From Antedon mediterranea (Eukaryota > Animalia > Echinodermata), in contig NC_092672.1 in NCBI RefSeq assembly GCF_964355755.1, positions 31,006,437-31,070,436 of the forward strand: DNA of 64,000 bases, given 5' to 3'. Made by a program: the position numbers and the translations under genes. Numbering within the stretch: the stretch's first letter is position 1; the number at the start of each line of letters is the position of its first letter. The notes beneath the pieces are model-generated. The model was not told the DNA's origin. It saw only the letters and a program-made list of their open reading frames with translations, and ran no database searches. This document shows positions 51,801 through 58,932 of this stretch, one piece after another.

Positions 51801-54652
51801 TTGTGATAGTATGTTGTTAACCTCAGTTAAATAGGTACCTGTAGTTGAAATTTGCCATATTTATGCTGTCAATGAATTGGGGATAAATTAGTAGTTGAAA
51901 CAGGCACTATATAAAGATTCCAAAGTAACAATAACTCTGCTTTCAAAAATAAATAAAATAACCTCTAATATATTCTCATGAATCATACAAAATGTACTAA
52001 AATATTCTATATTCTTAAATTTATCAATAAAGTTTTCAAATAATGATAATGATTAATCCCGTTCTATTCTATTTCTATATAATTTTTTAATAAATTAATT
52101 CAAAAAATGATGATGAATTAGTATAGTATAATGCTACTAGTATTAGTATTATGAAAAATTATTAATTTATTAATAGTTTTCTAAATAACAAATAATGATG
52201 AATACTGTATTCTAACAAAAAATGTGTACTTTAAAATAATAATGATAAATTAAACTATACTAACTGTATTCTATATTGAAAATCTAACTTACATTAATTA
52301 GAGTACTATTAATATTATTATGATGATGAATAGTTAGAGGGATGTGGGTTAGATAGAGATTATGTACTATATCATAAATCCAAAGGCAAATTATTAAAAA
52401 AATTACAATGCTGTGGGTATCCGTGGCTGGATCTCAATATACAAAATAAAAAAAGCAAAAAGCTAAATCAAAAAGATAAAGTAAAATAAAACAATCAGAA
52501 AAATTAGCAGAGCTTTTGGGCAATACTGGTCCTTTGTCAGTGCAAATTACTTTAATATTTTAAAATACAACTGTATAAATATAAATAAATCGTTAAAAGG
52601 TCAACTTATGTGTGTACAGTGCTATGACCTAATGCTGTAGTGTAACCCAAGACTTGCTCCCACCAAGAATACAAGCAGGGGGTTCAGCCCATTGAATCAC
52701 TCAACAATGAGTAGTTAACAATAGTACCAATGTTTTAAATTTTACGTTGGGGAAATTAGTACGTCCGTCTGAAAAGCACCGGACGCGTCTAAAAATTGGA
52801 CGTATTCAGGACACATTCTTGACGAATTCTCGGATGCATACAAATTGGGAGGTAGTAGTTATGGTCGGTACTGTAAAAACTGTACACATTTATTTCTAAT
52901 TGAAAGAAGAATAAATAATTATTTTGACTTAAGAATTGAATTAACATTGACTGCTGTTTAATTATCAATATAAGGGATTATATCATAATTACAATTTCAT
53001 ATTACAGTAACAATATTGACAATGAAAACTATGGAATCACAGATAATAGTATTTTTATGAACCGGGCAGAACCCATGTAATGTTACCTTAATGTAATTAA
53101 GTACCATTACAGTAAAACAAAATGTCTGCAATCTTCAGAAAAAAATTGGGTATTATATAAATGTATAAGAGTTTTACTGTAGTACCCTTTTTAGAGAGAA
53201 ATTATTATGTGCTTAAAATTAGAATTTTGTTTTAATAGTAGGCCTATTATTAATATTAGGTAAGTAACTCTTTATGTTTCATACATCTTTATTAGGGCTG
53301 ATTAGTTTGTGGCCCAGATGAAGCGGGGGCGAGTTGACGTGGGGAAGAGTTGATGCGGGGGCGAGTTGACGTGGGGAAGAGTTGATGCGGGGGCGAGTTG
53401 ACGTGAGTCGAGTTGACAAGCTTTCATTTAAACAAGGTCTATCAGACTCATTATCAGCAAGTTCCATAATTTAAGATAAACATTATCTTATTAGTCAAAC
53501 AATAGACATCCTACATAAAACACAATCAGACAGGCGGAAATAACGCATTATAATAAGAAAAATCCAATCTGAAGAAATTTCAATAGCTTGTTTGTAGTCA
53601 AACATTTATAATATATACAGATACTGCATAAAAATATACAATTAAAAACAATGTAACAATCAGAGATACACAATGCGCCTTGAGCACTCTTGAGTGGTAT
53701 GTGCGCTATAAAAATCTTGTTAATTATTATTATTATAGGAACGCATCAAATGTTACCTTTATGACCTTCATGACCTTCATTATAAAGAAGAGAATCACAG
53801 CTAGAATATTAACATGGTGGACTTAATCAAACCCTGATTTTTTTTAAATAAAATTATTTTTTTAATGATGACCAGTTGAGAAATTGGGTATTTATGTAAA
53901 ATTTAACAAAATGCATACCGTACATCTTTGCATAGCCTACAATTATCACTGATCAGTCTTATTTAAATTGAGACATAAAAGTTAAGGCATAACTCATACT
54001 TAGCGTCATATTAAAATAAAATGGAAAATCATATTATTTACAACATGTTGATACTCTATATCTGATGGCTTTTAAACTTTAATATATATTTTTAATTAAT
54101 TTAAATAATCTATGGCAACCTAAAATTCAAAAAATTTATAATTAAAAGGATATCAATTGAAATACTCTGCCTGACCATGGAGGTATAAAAAAGATTCCAT
54201 GGCCTGACTGATGCACTGACTAAAATTTTGATTGACTTTAATTTTTAAAGATATATTTCTTAAAATACTGTATTGCTAGACAACAATATTCATTCAATAA
54301 ATCTACACAATACATACAGTGTAGTGATAATACTAAACAAATCAGCCAAGTGTTGACAAAACACTAGCCAGCTAGCTCTCTGCTGGCATCCCTAGCTCTC
54401 TGCAGCAACTGCACTTGACAGACACACTGTGTGTGTGCCCCGTTGACACCAAGCAATATACACGGCCAGTAAGCACACGCCGCTAAGCTAAACAACTAAC
54501 TTCCTGCAAGAAACAAATTGTCAGTAAAACCATTGCTTACCGTAGTTTTCTAAAGCTTCTGTAGATGCAGAATATGTAAGCTGAAAAGCCGATAAGTTAA
54601 TAATAAATATGTATATCAGAGTCCGTAATAAACTTTTATTTAGTCCAGCCAT
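4933..54652 (-). CDS. PLOD: Procollagen-lysine,2-oxoglutarate 5-dioxygenase (multifunctional lysyl hydroxylase/glycosyltransferase), exons 1-18 of an expected 19; last exon left of window
   Basis: 18 GT-AG exons join in frame: signal peptide, [53 protein letters not shown] motifs; exon junctions fall at the same peptide positions as in human PLOD1/PLOD3. Confidence 0.97.
5445..5670. repeat. 19-bp minisatellite (gtctaaaacatcttttaca)n
   Basis: ~11 tandem near-identical units. Confidence 0.9.
6895..7085. repeat. 18-20-bp C-rich minisatellite (acactctcccccaaccag)n next to the exon 17 donor
   Basis: visible tandem units. Confidence 0.85.
7114..7260 (-). CDS. PLOD: PLOD exon 17 ([49 protein letters not shown])
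   Basis: 147 nt, TAG acceptor, GTATGT donor. Confidence 0.95.
8504..11159. mobile_element. Non-autonomous long-TIR DNA transposon, Academ-like
   Basis: Termini TACTCTAGTAGCTAGAT...ATCTAGCTACTAGAGTA, 3-bp TSD CTA, inverted arms ~8504-9325 and ~10670-11159, subterminal motifs shared with the 15944-19257 element. Confidence 0.75.
11592..11990. mobile_element. Palindromic PIF/Harbinger-type MITE
   Basis: TIR AGGCCCATTTACACTAGGACGATAACGAT, TAA TSD, nearly whole element self-complementary. Confidence 0.8.
12120..12407. repeat. 58-bp minisatellite, ~5 copies
   Basis: unit tatggtggtcaattacatttgtttatagtcatggttgactgtgcatatagtatatcgg. Confidence 0.9.
13431..13592. repeat. 45-bp minisatellite, ~3.6 copies
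   Basis: unit tccatgtgaccagcttctgttataacaaccctttttattggaccc. Confidence 0.9.
13769..15548 (-). CDS. Nested C1q-domain/collagen-repeat secreted protein 1 (CTRP/adiponectin-like), 257 aa; join(15548..15538,14531..13769)
   Basis: 11-nt first coding exon ATG TAT TTT GG|gtaagt splices in frame; signal peptide, CxxCC, 31 uninterrupted Gly-X-Y triplets, gC1q motifs [34 protein letters not shown]. Confidence 0.92.
14587..15072. mobile_element. MITE-like element in intron of C1q gene 1
   Basis: imperfect TIR gctttcacatcgagatggta.../...taccatcccgatgtgaaagc. Confidence 0.55.
15093..15362. mobile_element. Palindromic MULE-like MITE built from tctagaaaactcagat repeats
   Basis: GGGTGTCTAGAAAACTCAG...CTGAGTTTTCTAGACACCC; 9-bp TSD aaccaagat/aaccaagac (1 mismatch). 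Confidence 0.75.
15549..15940 (-). promoter_or_regulatory. 5'UTR/promoter of C1q gene 1, conserved with paralog upstream region 23271-23680
   Basis: alignable blocks, including TTAAATA TATA-like box (gtatttaagca) and tatggtcataatagatttcc in both copies. Confidence 0.6.
15944..19257. mobile_element. Academ-like DNA transposon with ~1.1-kb TIRs and decayed transposase remnant
   Basis: TAGTGGAGTCTGTTAGGG...CCCTAACAGACTCCACTA, 3-bp TSD ACA; arms 15944-17044 / 18126-19257; internal minus-strand [25 protein letters not shown] resembles the Academ-transposase FVVQKSxRxFS..DQxHEQ motif. Confidence 0.8.
19464..20516. mobile_element. hAT-like non-autonomous element
   Basis: TIR CAGGGCCGTAGCCAGG / CCTGGCTACGGGCCTG; only a 5-bp flanking duplication (taata) seen. 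Confidence 0.6.
20589..20722. mobile_element. Harbinger-type MITE family A (AGCTCTGTCTACACTATCAAAC TIR)
   Basis: TIR and TTA TSD; partly deleted right end. Confidence 0.7.
21472..23270 (-). pseudogene. Nested C1q-domain/collagen-repeat gene 2, frameshifted in gC1q domain; join(23270..23260,22320..21472)
   Basis: Same 11-nt first exon architecture (ATG TTA AGA GG|gtaagt); collagen repeats; frameshift at ctccc-ctccc 21637-21646, after which the other frame gives ..[30 protein letters not shown]; could also be an assembly error or null allele. Confidence 0.8.
22572..23050. repeat. 25-bp minisatellite (catggacgtaagcccctgtaagtaa)n, ~19 copies, in intron of C1q gene 2
   Basis: near-identical head-to-tail units without spacers. 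Confidence 0.95.
24268..24321 (-). other. Candidate 54-nt in-frame PLOD cassette exon ([18 protein letters not shown])
   Basis: long pyrimidine tract + AAG acceptor, GAT|GTAAGT donor, phase 0-0, no stop. Confidence 0.4.
24642..24746 (-). CDS. PLOD: PLOD exon 16 ([35 protein letters not shown])
   Basis: 105 nt, TAG/GT. Confidence 0.95.
25475..25543 (-). CDS. PLOD: PLOD exon 15 ([23 protein letters not shown])
   Basis: 69 nt, TAG/GT. Confidence 0.9.
25575..25890. repeat. AT-rich degenerate minisatellite (aatcaatactcaatataattagtaataatcaatatt)
   Basis: visible tandem units. Confidence 0.8.
26421..26670. repeat. ~128-bp tandem duplication
   Basis: two near-identical copies starting 26421 and 26549. 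Confidence 0.85.
27490..27750 (-). mobile_element. tRNA-derived SINE (Deu/Nin-domain type), diverged copy
   Basis: homologous to 46126-46446 and 62878-63110. Confidence 0.75.
27773..29255 (-). mobile_element. Non-autonomous Helentron (DINE/HINE-like)
   Basis: palindromic end aggttatatgcat-gat-atgcatataacc + (ttta)n; other end gcatataacc + hairpin aattcgtca-tag-tgacgaatt + CTAG; internal similarity to Helentron 2200-4000. Confidence 0.8.
30600..31220. repeat. (tactg)n / tactgtaa compound microsatellite
   Basis: ~600 bp of simple repeat. Confidence 0.95.
32805..32969. mobile_element. Harbinger-type MITE family A
   Basis: TIRs, TAA TSD. Confidence 0.75.
34759..34872 (-). CDS. PLOD: PLOD exon 14 ([38 protein letters not shown])
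   Basis: 114 nt, TAG/GT. Confidence 0.93.
37503..37605. mobile_element. Harbinger-type MITE family A (internally deleted)
   Basis: TIRs, TTA TSD. Confidence 0.7.
37769..37843 (-). CDS. PLOD: Candidate PLOD alternative exon '13A' ([25 protein letters not shown])
   Basis: 75 nt, phase 0-0, ctgac branch-like + pyrimidine tract + CAG acceptor, AGG|GTAACG donor; 3' half resembles end of exon 13. Confidence 0.65.
39147..39282 (-). CDS. PLOD: PLOD exon 13 ([45 protein letters not shown])
   Basis: 136 nt, CAG/GTAGGT. Confidence 0.93.
39846..39971 (-). CDS. PLOD: PLOD exon 12 ([41 protein letters not shown])
   Basis: 126 nt, TAG/GTAAG. Confidence 0.95.
40096..40197 (-). CDS. PLOD: PLOD exon 11 ([33 protein letters not shown])
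   Basis: 102 nt, TAG/GTAAG. Confidence 0.9.
40701..40822 (-). CDS. PLOD: PLOD exon 10 ([40 protein letters not shown])
   Basis: 122 nt, TAG/GTAAGT. Confidence 0.9.
41088..41352 (+). mobile_element. Small Helitron-like element carrying a tRNA-like sequence (41205-41280, minus)
   Basis: 5' tactatatatata; 3' imperfect hairpin ttcggc..gcggaa then CTAG|T; internal TGGTCTAATGCTTAGG box A and GGTTCGAATC box B. Confidence 0.5.
41536..41667 (-). CDS. PLOD: PLOD exon 9 ([44 protein letters not shown])
   Basis: 132 nt, TAG/GTGAGT. Confidence 0.95.
41974..42075 (-). CDS. PLOD: PLOD exon 8 ([34 protein letters not shown])
   Basis: 102 nt, CAG/GT. Confidence 0.92.
42846..42943 (-). CDS. PLOD: PLOD exon 7 ([32 protein letters not shown])
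   Basis: 98 nt, CAG/GTAAG. Confidence 0.93.
43283..43418. mobile_element. Harbinger-type MITE family A
   Basis: TIRs, TWA flanks. Confidence 0.75.
43601..43664 (-). CDS. PLOD: PLOD exon 6 ([21 protein letters not shown])
   Basis: 64 nt, TAG/GTAAGT. Confidence 0.92.
44270..44409. mobile_element. Harbinger-type MITE family A
   Basis: TIRs, TWA flanks. Confidence 0.75.
44536..44694 (-). CDS. PLOD: PLOD exon 5 ([53 protein letters not shown])
   Basis: 159 nt, CAG/GTAAGT. Confidence 0.95.
44784..44926. mobile_element. Harbinger-type MITE family A
   Basis: TIRs, TTA TSD. Confidence 0.75.
45060..45225 (-). mobile_element. tRNA-derived SINE fragment (second family)
   Basis: reverse strand has box B GGTTCGATTCC followed by ccctaggcaagacactttac and ccaggtgtacaaatgggtacc, typical SINE central-domain motifs. 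Confidence 0.55.
46126..46446 (-). mobile_element. Full-length tRNA-derived SINE with Deu/Nin-like domain and (ctaa)n tail
   Basis: TGGCCGAGCGGTTAAG box A, GGTTCGAG box B, ggataaggactataaaccgtaggtcc...ttaaagaacc...gagtagggggttaccccggtg central domain. Confidence 0.8.
46712..46826 (-). CDS. PLOD: PLOD exon 4 ([38 protein letters not shown])
   Basis: 115 nt, CAG/GTAAGT. Confidence 0.95.
48155..48291 (-). CDS. PLOD: PLOD exon 3 ([45 protein letters not shown])
   Basis: 137 nt, CAG/GTAGGT. Confidence 0.95.
48469..48625. mobile_element. MITE (AGCCTGTTTTCCTGTC TIR); related partial copy ~59310-59465
   Basis: terminal inverted repeats with TWA flanks; shared internal sequence. Confidence 0.65.
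49346..49453. mobile_element. Harbinger-type MITE family A (diverged)
   Basis: TIR remnants, TTA flanks. Confidence 0.65.
50479..50579 (-). CDS. PLOD: PLOD exon 2 ([33 protein letters not shown])
   Basis: 101 nt, TAG/GTAAGT. Confidence 0.93.
51284..51468. mobile_element. Harbinger-type MITE family A
   Basis: TIRs. Confidence 0.7.
53325..53412. repeat. 32-bp G-rich tandem repeat (gcgggggcgagttgacgtggggaagagttgat), ~2.5 copies
   Basis: visible units; probably a transposon subterminal remnant. Confidence 0.7.
54541..54652 (-). CDS. PLOD: PLOD exon 1 coding part, signal peptide ([37 protein letters not shown])
   Basis: aaaaATGG start, hydrophobic core, G|GTAAGC donor in phase with exon 2. Confidence 0.88.
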
Positions 54653-54745
54653 TTTTCGTCGGTAAGAAAATATAAAGTTTTTCCGAGACTTCTTGTTTTT
54701 TTAGAATCGAGCAAAAACGCCCTCTAACGGATCAATTAAGTTATC

Positions 54746-54861
54746 TACGTGGCGAAATGTGTACAGTGAAGTATGTGTGTCCCGTGGATTTCTTGCTTAC
54801 GTGACCATCTGAGAATGAAAATTCTAGAAACAACTGGAGCTGAGCAACATAATATCACGTA
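54746..54861. promoter_or_regulatory. Cluster of three TACGTG (HRE/ACGTG-core) motifs upstream of PLOD start
   Basis: 54746-51, 54798-803, 54856-61 (reverse). Confidence 0.45.
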
Positions 54862-56945
54862 TTGCACATGAATGTGAACTACCATTAACTACTGTTGCCA
54901 TTAATCCTACTTAGCAGCTTCGGAAAATTGAAATGACTATCATAAATGATAATCAAGTGTTAACAGGCTATTCCTAACACTAGTGGGTGTTATCAATTTT
55001 ACTTTTTGTTGTCAACATAATTATATGCCTAGGCATTATCAATTATTTGTTTTTTTTTTACCTTTTCAAGGATTGAATAAATTTCAAAATAAGTTCAATT
55101 CATTTACAGTTTAATTTTTGTTAAAGTATCTCAATCTTCTAATAGATGTAGATAGAGATTTATCGAACTTTTTATTTGTAATTATTTTATTTTATTTATT
55201 TACAATTTTTTTTTTTTTTTTTTTGCAAAACAGAGAAGCCTAAATTCTTAGGGCAAGCATGGAGAAATGCTAGTAGTAGCCCACAAGTACTTATTTTTCC
55301 ATTACCTAAAGAAATACGATAAATGTCCGTCACCCAGGCCTACAACAAAAAATTATGCGGGTAGGAGATTAGGGAATGCACTTCCTCACAAGTATACCCA
55401 GAGAATAAGTCTAACACAAAAGTTAGACGTCCATTCATCCGGTAGCCGGATCAGGCCAGGAGATACGAAGTGTAAACCTCTATCCCACCGCTCTTCTTTA
55501 CTTTAGACCTAAGTTTTAATAAATAAATTTATAAAAATTATAAACTCACTGAATAAAGGCTGAATAAATTAAAATACACTTTAAATGAACATAGTACAGT
55601 AAAATCTTATTCGTATTGTTTTAATGTTTAAATATGGTCGTGATATGACATCATCATGTCCATTATAATATAGTCACATCAGATAAAGTTTGATAGTGGT
55701 AGACATAGCTCTTTGGCCAATTCCTATTTTGTTTGTCTTGTTCATCATAATGCCTTCGCAGTCAGAAATTCCGCGGAGCGTAAAGCTATAATTAAACTCA
55801 TAGTCATATAAATAAGTCTAATGATCTCCTTACGATTGGTCTGCTAATTAAATTGCCTCGTTATAAGATGAAGTAATTCAACTTGTCTAATAACATCCTT
55901 AAAGACCGAATAATCGCAGTCGGCTGCGTCGGAAATAAACGTCGTACGTGTGTGTATTGTGTACGTGTTGTGTGTCACATTACACTACATTAATGGACAC
56001 TGGCAAATGTATTGGAGTGTATGCAGTAGGGTGGGGTGGGGTGACACCCATGAGCCCCCCCCCCCCCCCTCCTCCCAAAATTCGAAAGCATTATATGCAA
56101 CCTGAATTCAGATGAATAATGCAGTGAATCCAGGATTTTGAAATAGGGTTTATCCCAGACCCAAATGTTAAAGTGAAGTGCTAAACCCATGTCTCCCCGA
56201 GCTTTTGCATTGTCAATTAGTGGTGAGGGTGAGGCTGGCTATGAAAGGCGTGCTCACTATAAAATTAACAAAATACGGTGCACCATATGACAGATATCAG
56301 GAGGGGAAAACTTTCGGGACGACCGAACTAAAGTGTCTCCTTAATGGAGGTATCCTTTCATCGAGTTGGCTTTTATGAGAAAGTTTTCTCTTAATTATAT
56401 GGATGTCGCTCTTGAATAACTGGGTACGTGTCCAAAATGATGGGTGGGCGCTATACTGTATTATAATTGGGCCATGGTCGCGCGCGCGTATTGCTTACAC
56501 TTGAATGCTACACAATTTAAATAACTTATTTGTTTATTATTATATTCAAACAAAAGCAGTGCATTATAAATTGCACCATTACTGTCTTGTTTACGTCAAA
56601 CGGCTTGATAGATTTGAAATATAGATCTCTCCAGAAGCCATTGTTAATAAACTAGGATTTGCGCATTATTCATAATCCAATGTAAATCCCTCGTCTTCTT
56701 CTCGCGTCGTTCTAAATCAACTCTCCCGTCGTAAACTGATTCAAATTACTTTTGCTATAATAATAACTGAATATTTTTTAAAGAAAAAATAAATTTATAA
56801 ATAAACATGTTAAAAAATACTATTTATCGCTTTATGTAGGCCTATATAGGAAATGTCGTTTCTTTCTTACTTTAATTTTATTTATGTTGTGTTTTTATTG
56901 TTTGCGTCTAAAAAGGGTCCTGCGAAAACAGTTGTAAACTTCTTT

Positions 56946-58130
56946 AAGCTTGGTTCCCACTAGAACGTAATGCAATGACGTAAACGCAACGTAAAGCTTG
57001 GTTCCCACTAGAACGTAACGCAATGACGTAAACGCAACGCAAGCGTTTTAACCAATGACAAGCGAAGTTATAGACAGTTAGCAATCACAAGCGAATAAGC
57101 GCTTTATGCAGGATCCTTGCCATCAATTATATACTGAAATTATAATTATAAACGATGACTAAATAAATATGAGCTGAATTGAATTCGATTGTTATACTCT
57201 GATTAAAACAGGTATTTTTTGTTTATGTCTCCCCTTATAAAATGATTAAAACTAAACAATTACAAATGTTCCATTTAGGATTGCTTCTTGCTCCTTTTGT
57301 ATTCACTTTTTTTATGCAAAACATTGCTGCTTAAATCATTTTGTTATTTTATTGCTTTGTAAAGCTTGGTTCCCACTAGGAAGTAACGCAAGGACGTAAA
57401 CGCAACGTAAAGCTTGGTTCCCACTAGAACGTAACGCAAGGACGTAAACGCAACGCAAGCGTTTTAACCAATGACAAGCGAAGTTATAGACAGTTAGCAA
57501 TCACAAGCGAATTAGCCATCGCTTGTGATTGGTCAACAATTCACTTGCGTTGCGTTACGTCCTTGTGTTGCGTCGCTAGTGGGAACCACGCTTAAATGAG
57601 TAAACCAATCACAAGCGATGGAATATTCAAACTGTCGCTTGTCATTGGTCTACGTCCTTGCGTTATGTTTTCAAATGGGAACCAAGCTTTACACAACTCA
57701 TTTACGTTGCATTACGTCATTGTGTTTCTTCTCTAGTGGGAACCAAGCATTATTAAGGAAATTCAAAAACATTTTACTCTCTGTGAAAACTATTTTTGTT
57801 TGTTAAGCTAAAAAAAAACCGTTGACCGTCGCTTGGCTTCTACTGTGACGCAAGGAAAGTAAAGCTTGGTTCCCACTAGAACGTAACGCAAGGACGTAAA
57901 CGCAACGCAAGCGTTTTAACCAATGAAAAGCGAAGTTATAGACAGTTAGCAATCACAAGCGAATAAGCCATCGCTTGTGATTGGTCAATTCACTTGCGTT
58001 GCGTTACGTCCTTGCGTTGCGTCGCTAGTGGGAACCACGCTTCAGGGCGGAGACATAACGCAAGTGAATCGACCAATCCAAGCGACAGTTAGAATAATTC
58101 AACTAAACGCTTGTGATTGGATAAATCACT
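56946..58130. mobile_element. Cluster of nested/tandem Harbinger-type MITEs (AAGCTTGGTTCCCACTAGAACGTAACGCAAG)
   Basis: repeated TIR starts at 56946, 56994, 57362, 57410, 57862 and inverted copies at ~57580, 57680, 57740, 58030. Confidence 0.8.
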
Positions 58131-58932
58131 TGGCGTTGCAGCTCACATCTTTGTGGGAATCAACGACCGAATTGGTGACAGTGGCTTAGGCTGCTTTTGT
58201 CCTTTCCTGGCAGCTAGCTAGGTGACAACTGACATATTATATATATTTTCTCCTCTTCTTATACGTCGTGTTTGTTTAATTTTTTGATTTGTATTATATT
58301 TATGCATCTCTGTATGTAGGTGTCTATTATGTATTTTGTCTGAATAAATAATTTAAAAAAAACGATCGTCGTCCATTACAATTACAGTATTCGGTTTTAT
58401 TCATGAACCAGAGGGCGGTATTCAGATATTTATTTACAACCCAGACACGTTTATTGTTACGTAATGATAGTGGAGACACATAACACGCAACTTCCGGTTA
58501 CGTCTTTGTATTTCTTTCTAATGTAGAAAGGATATAACCTAGAGGGCGTTTATACATATTGCATGTCTGTCTTCAGAGCTTTGATTAAAACGTTTGACAA
58601 CAAAAATAACCATAAACTTCATGAAACGTGATGTTATAAGTTTATTCAAATACAGTAGAGATGTATGTGGTAACCATGTTGCTGAAAAAAGATTGTTTTA
58701 ATTGTACATGTTTACTCCAATTAGGGACCAATAAAAGACCCAGTAGTAGTCTTACAACCAGTCTTTACTAAGTATCCCTATAAGACAAGATTATTTCAAG
58801 TATATTAAGGACACTGAAAAGTGGTCTGTAATTGGAGGATTTTTTATTGTTATCATTTAAAAAATTATTAAATCTAGTTTATTTTATGAATTTGATTGGT
58901 CCAATTTGTTCCGATATTGTCCGTCTTCATGT

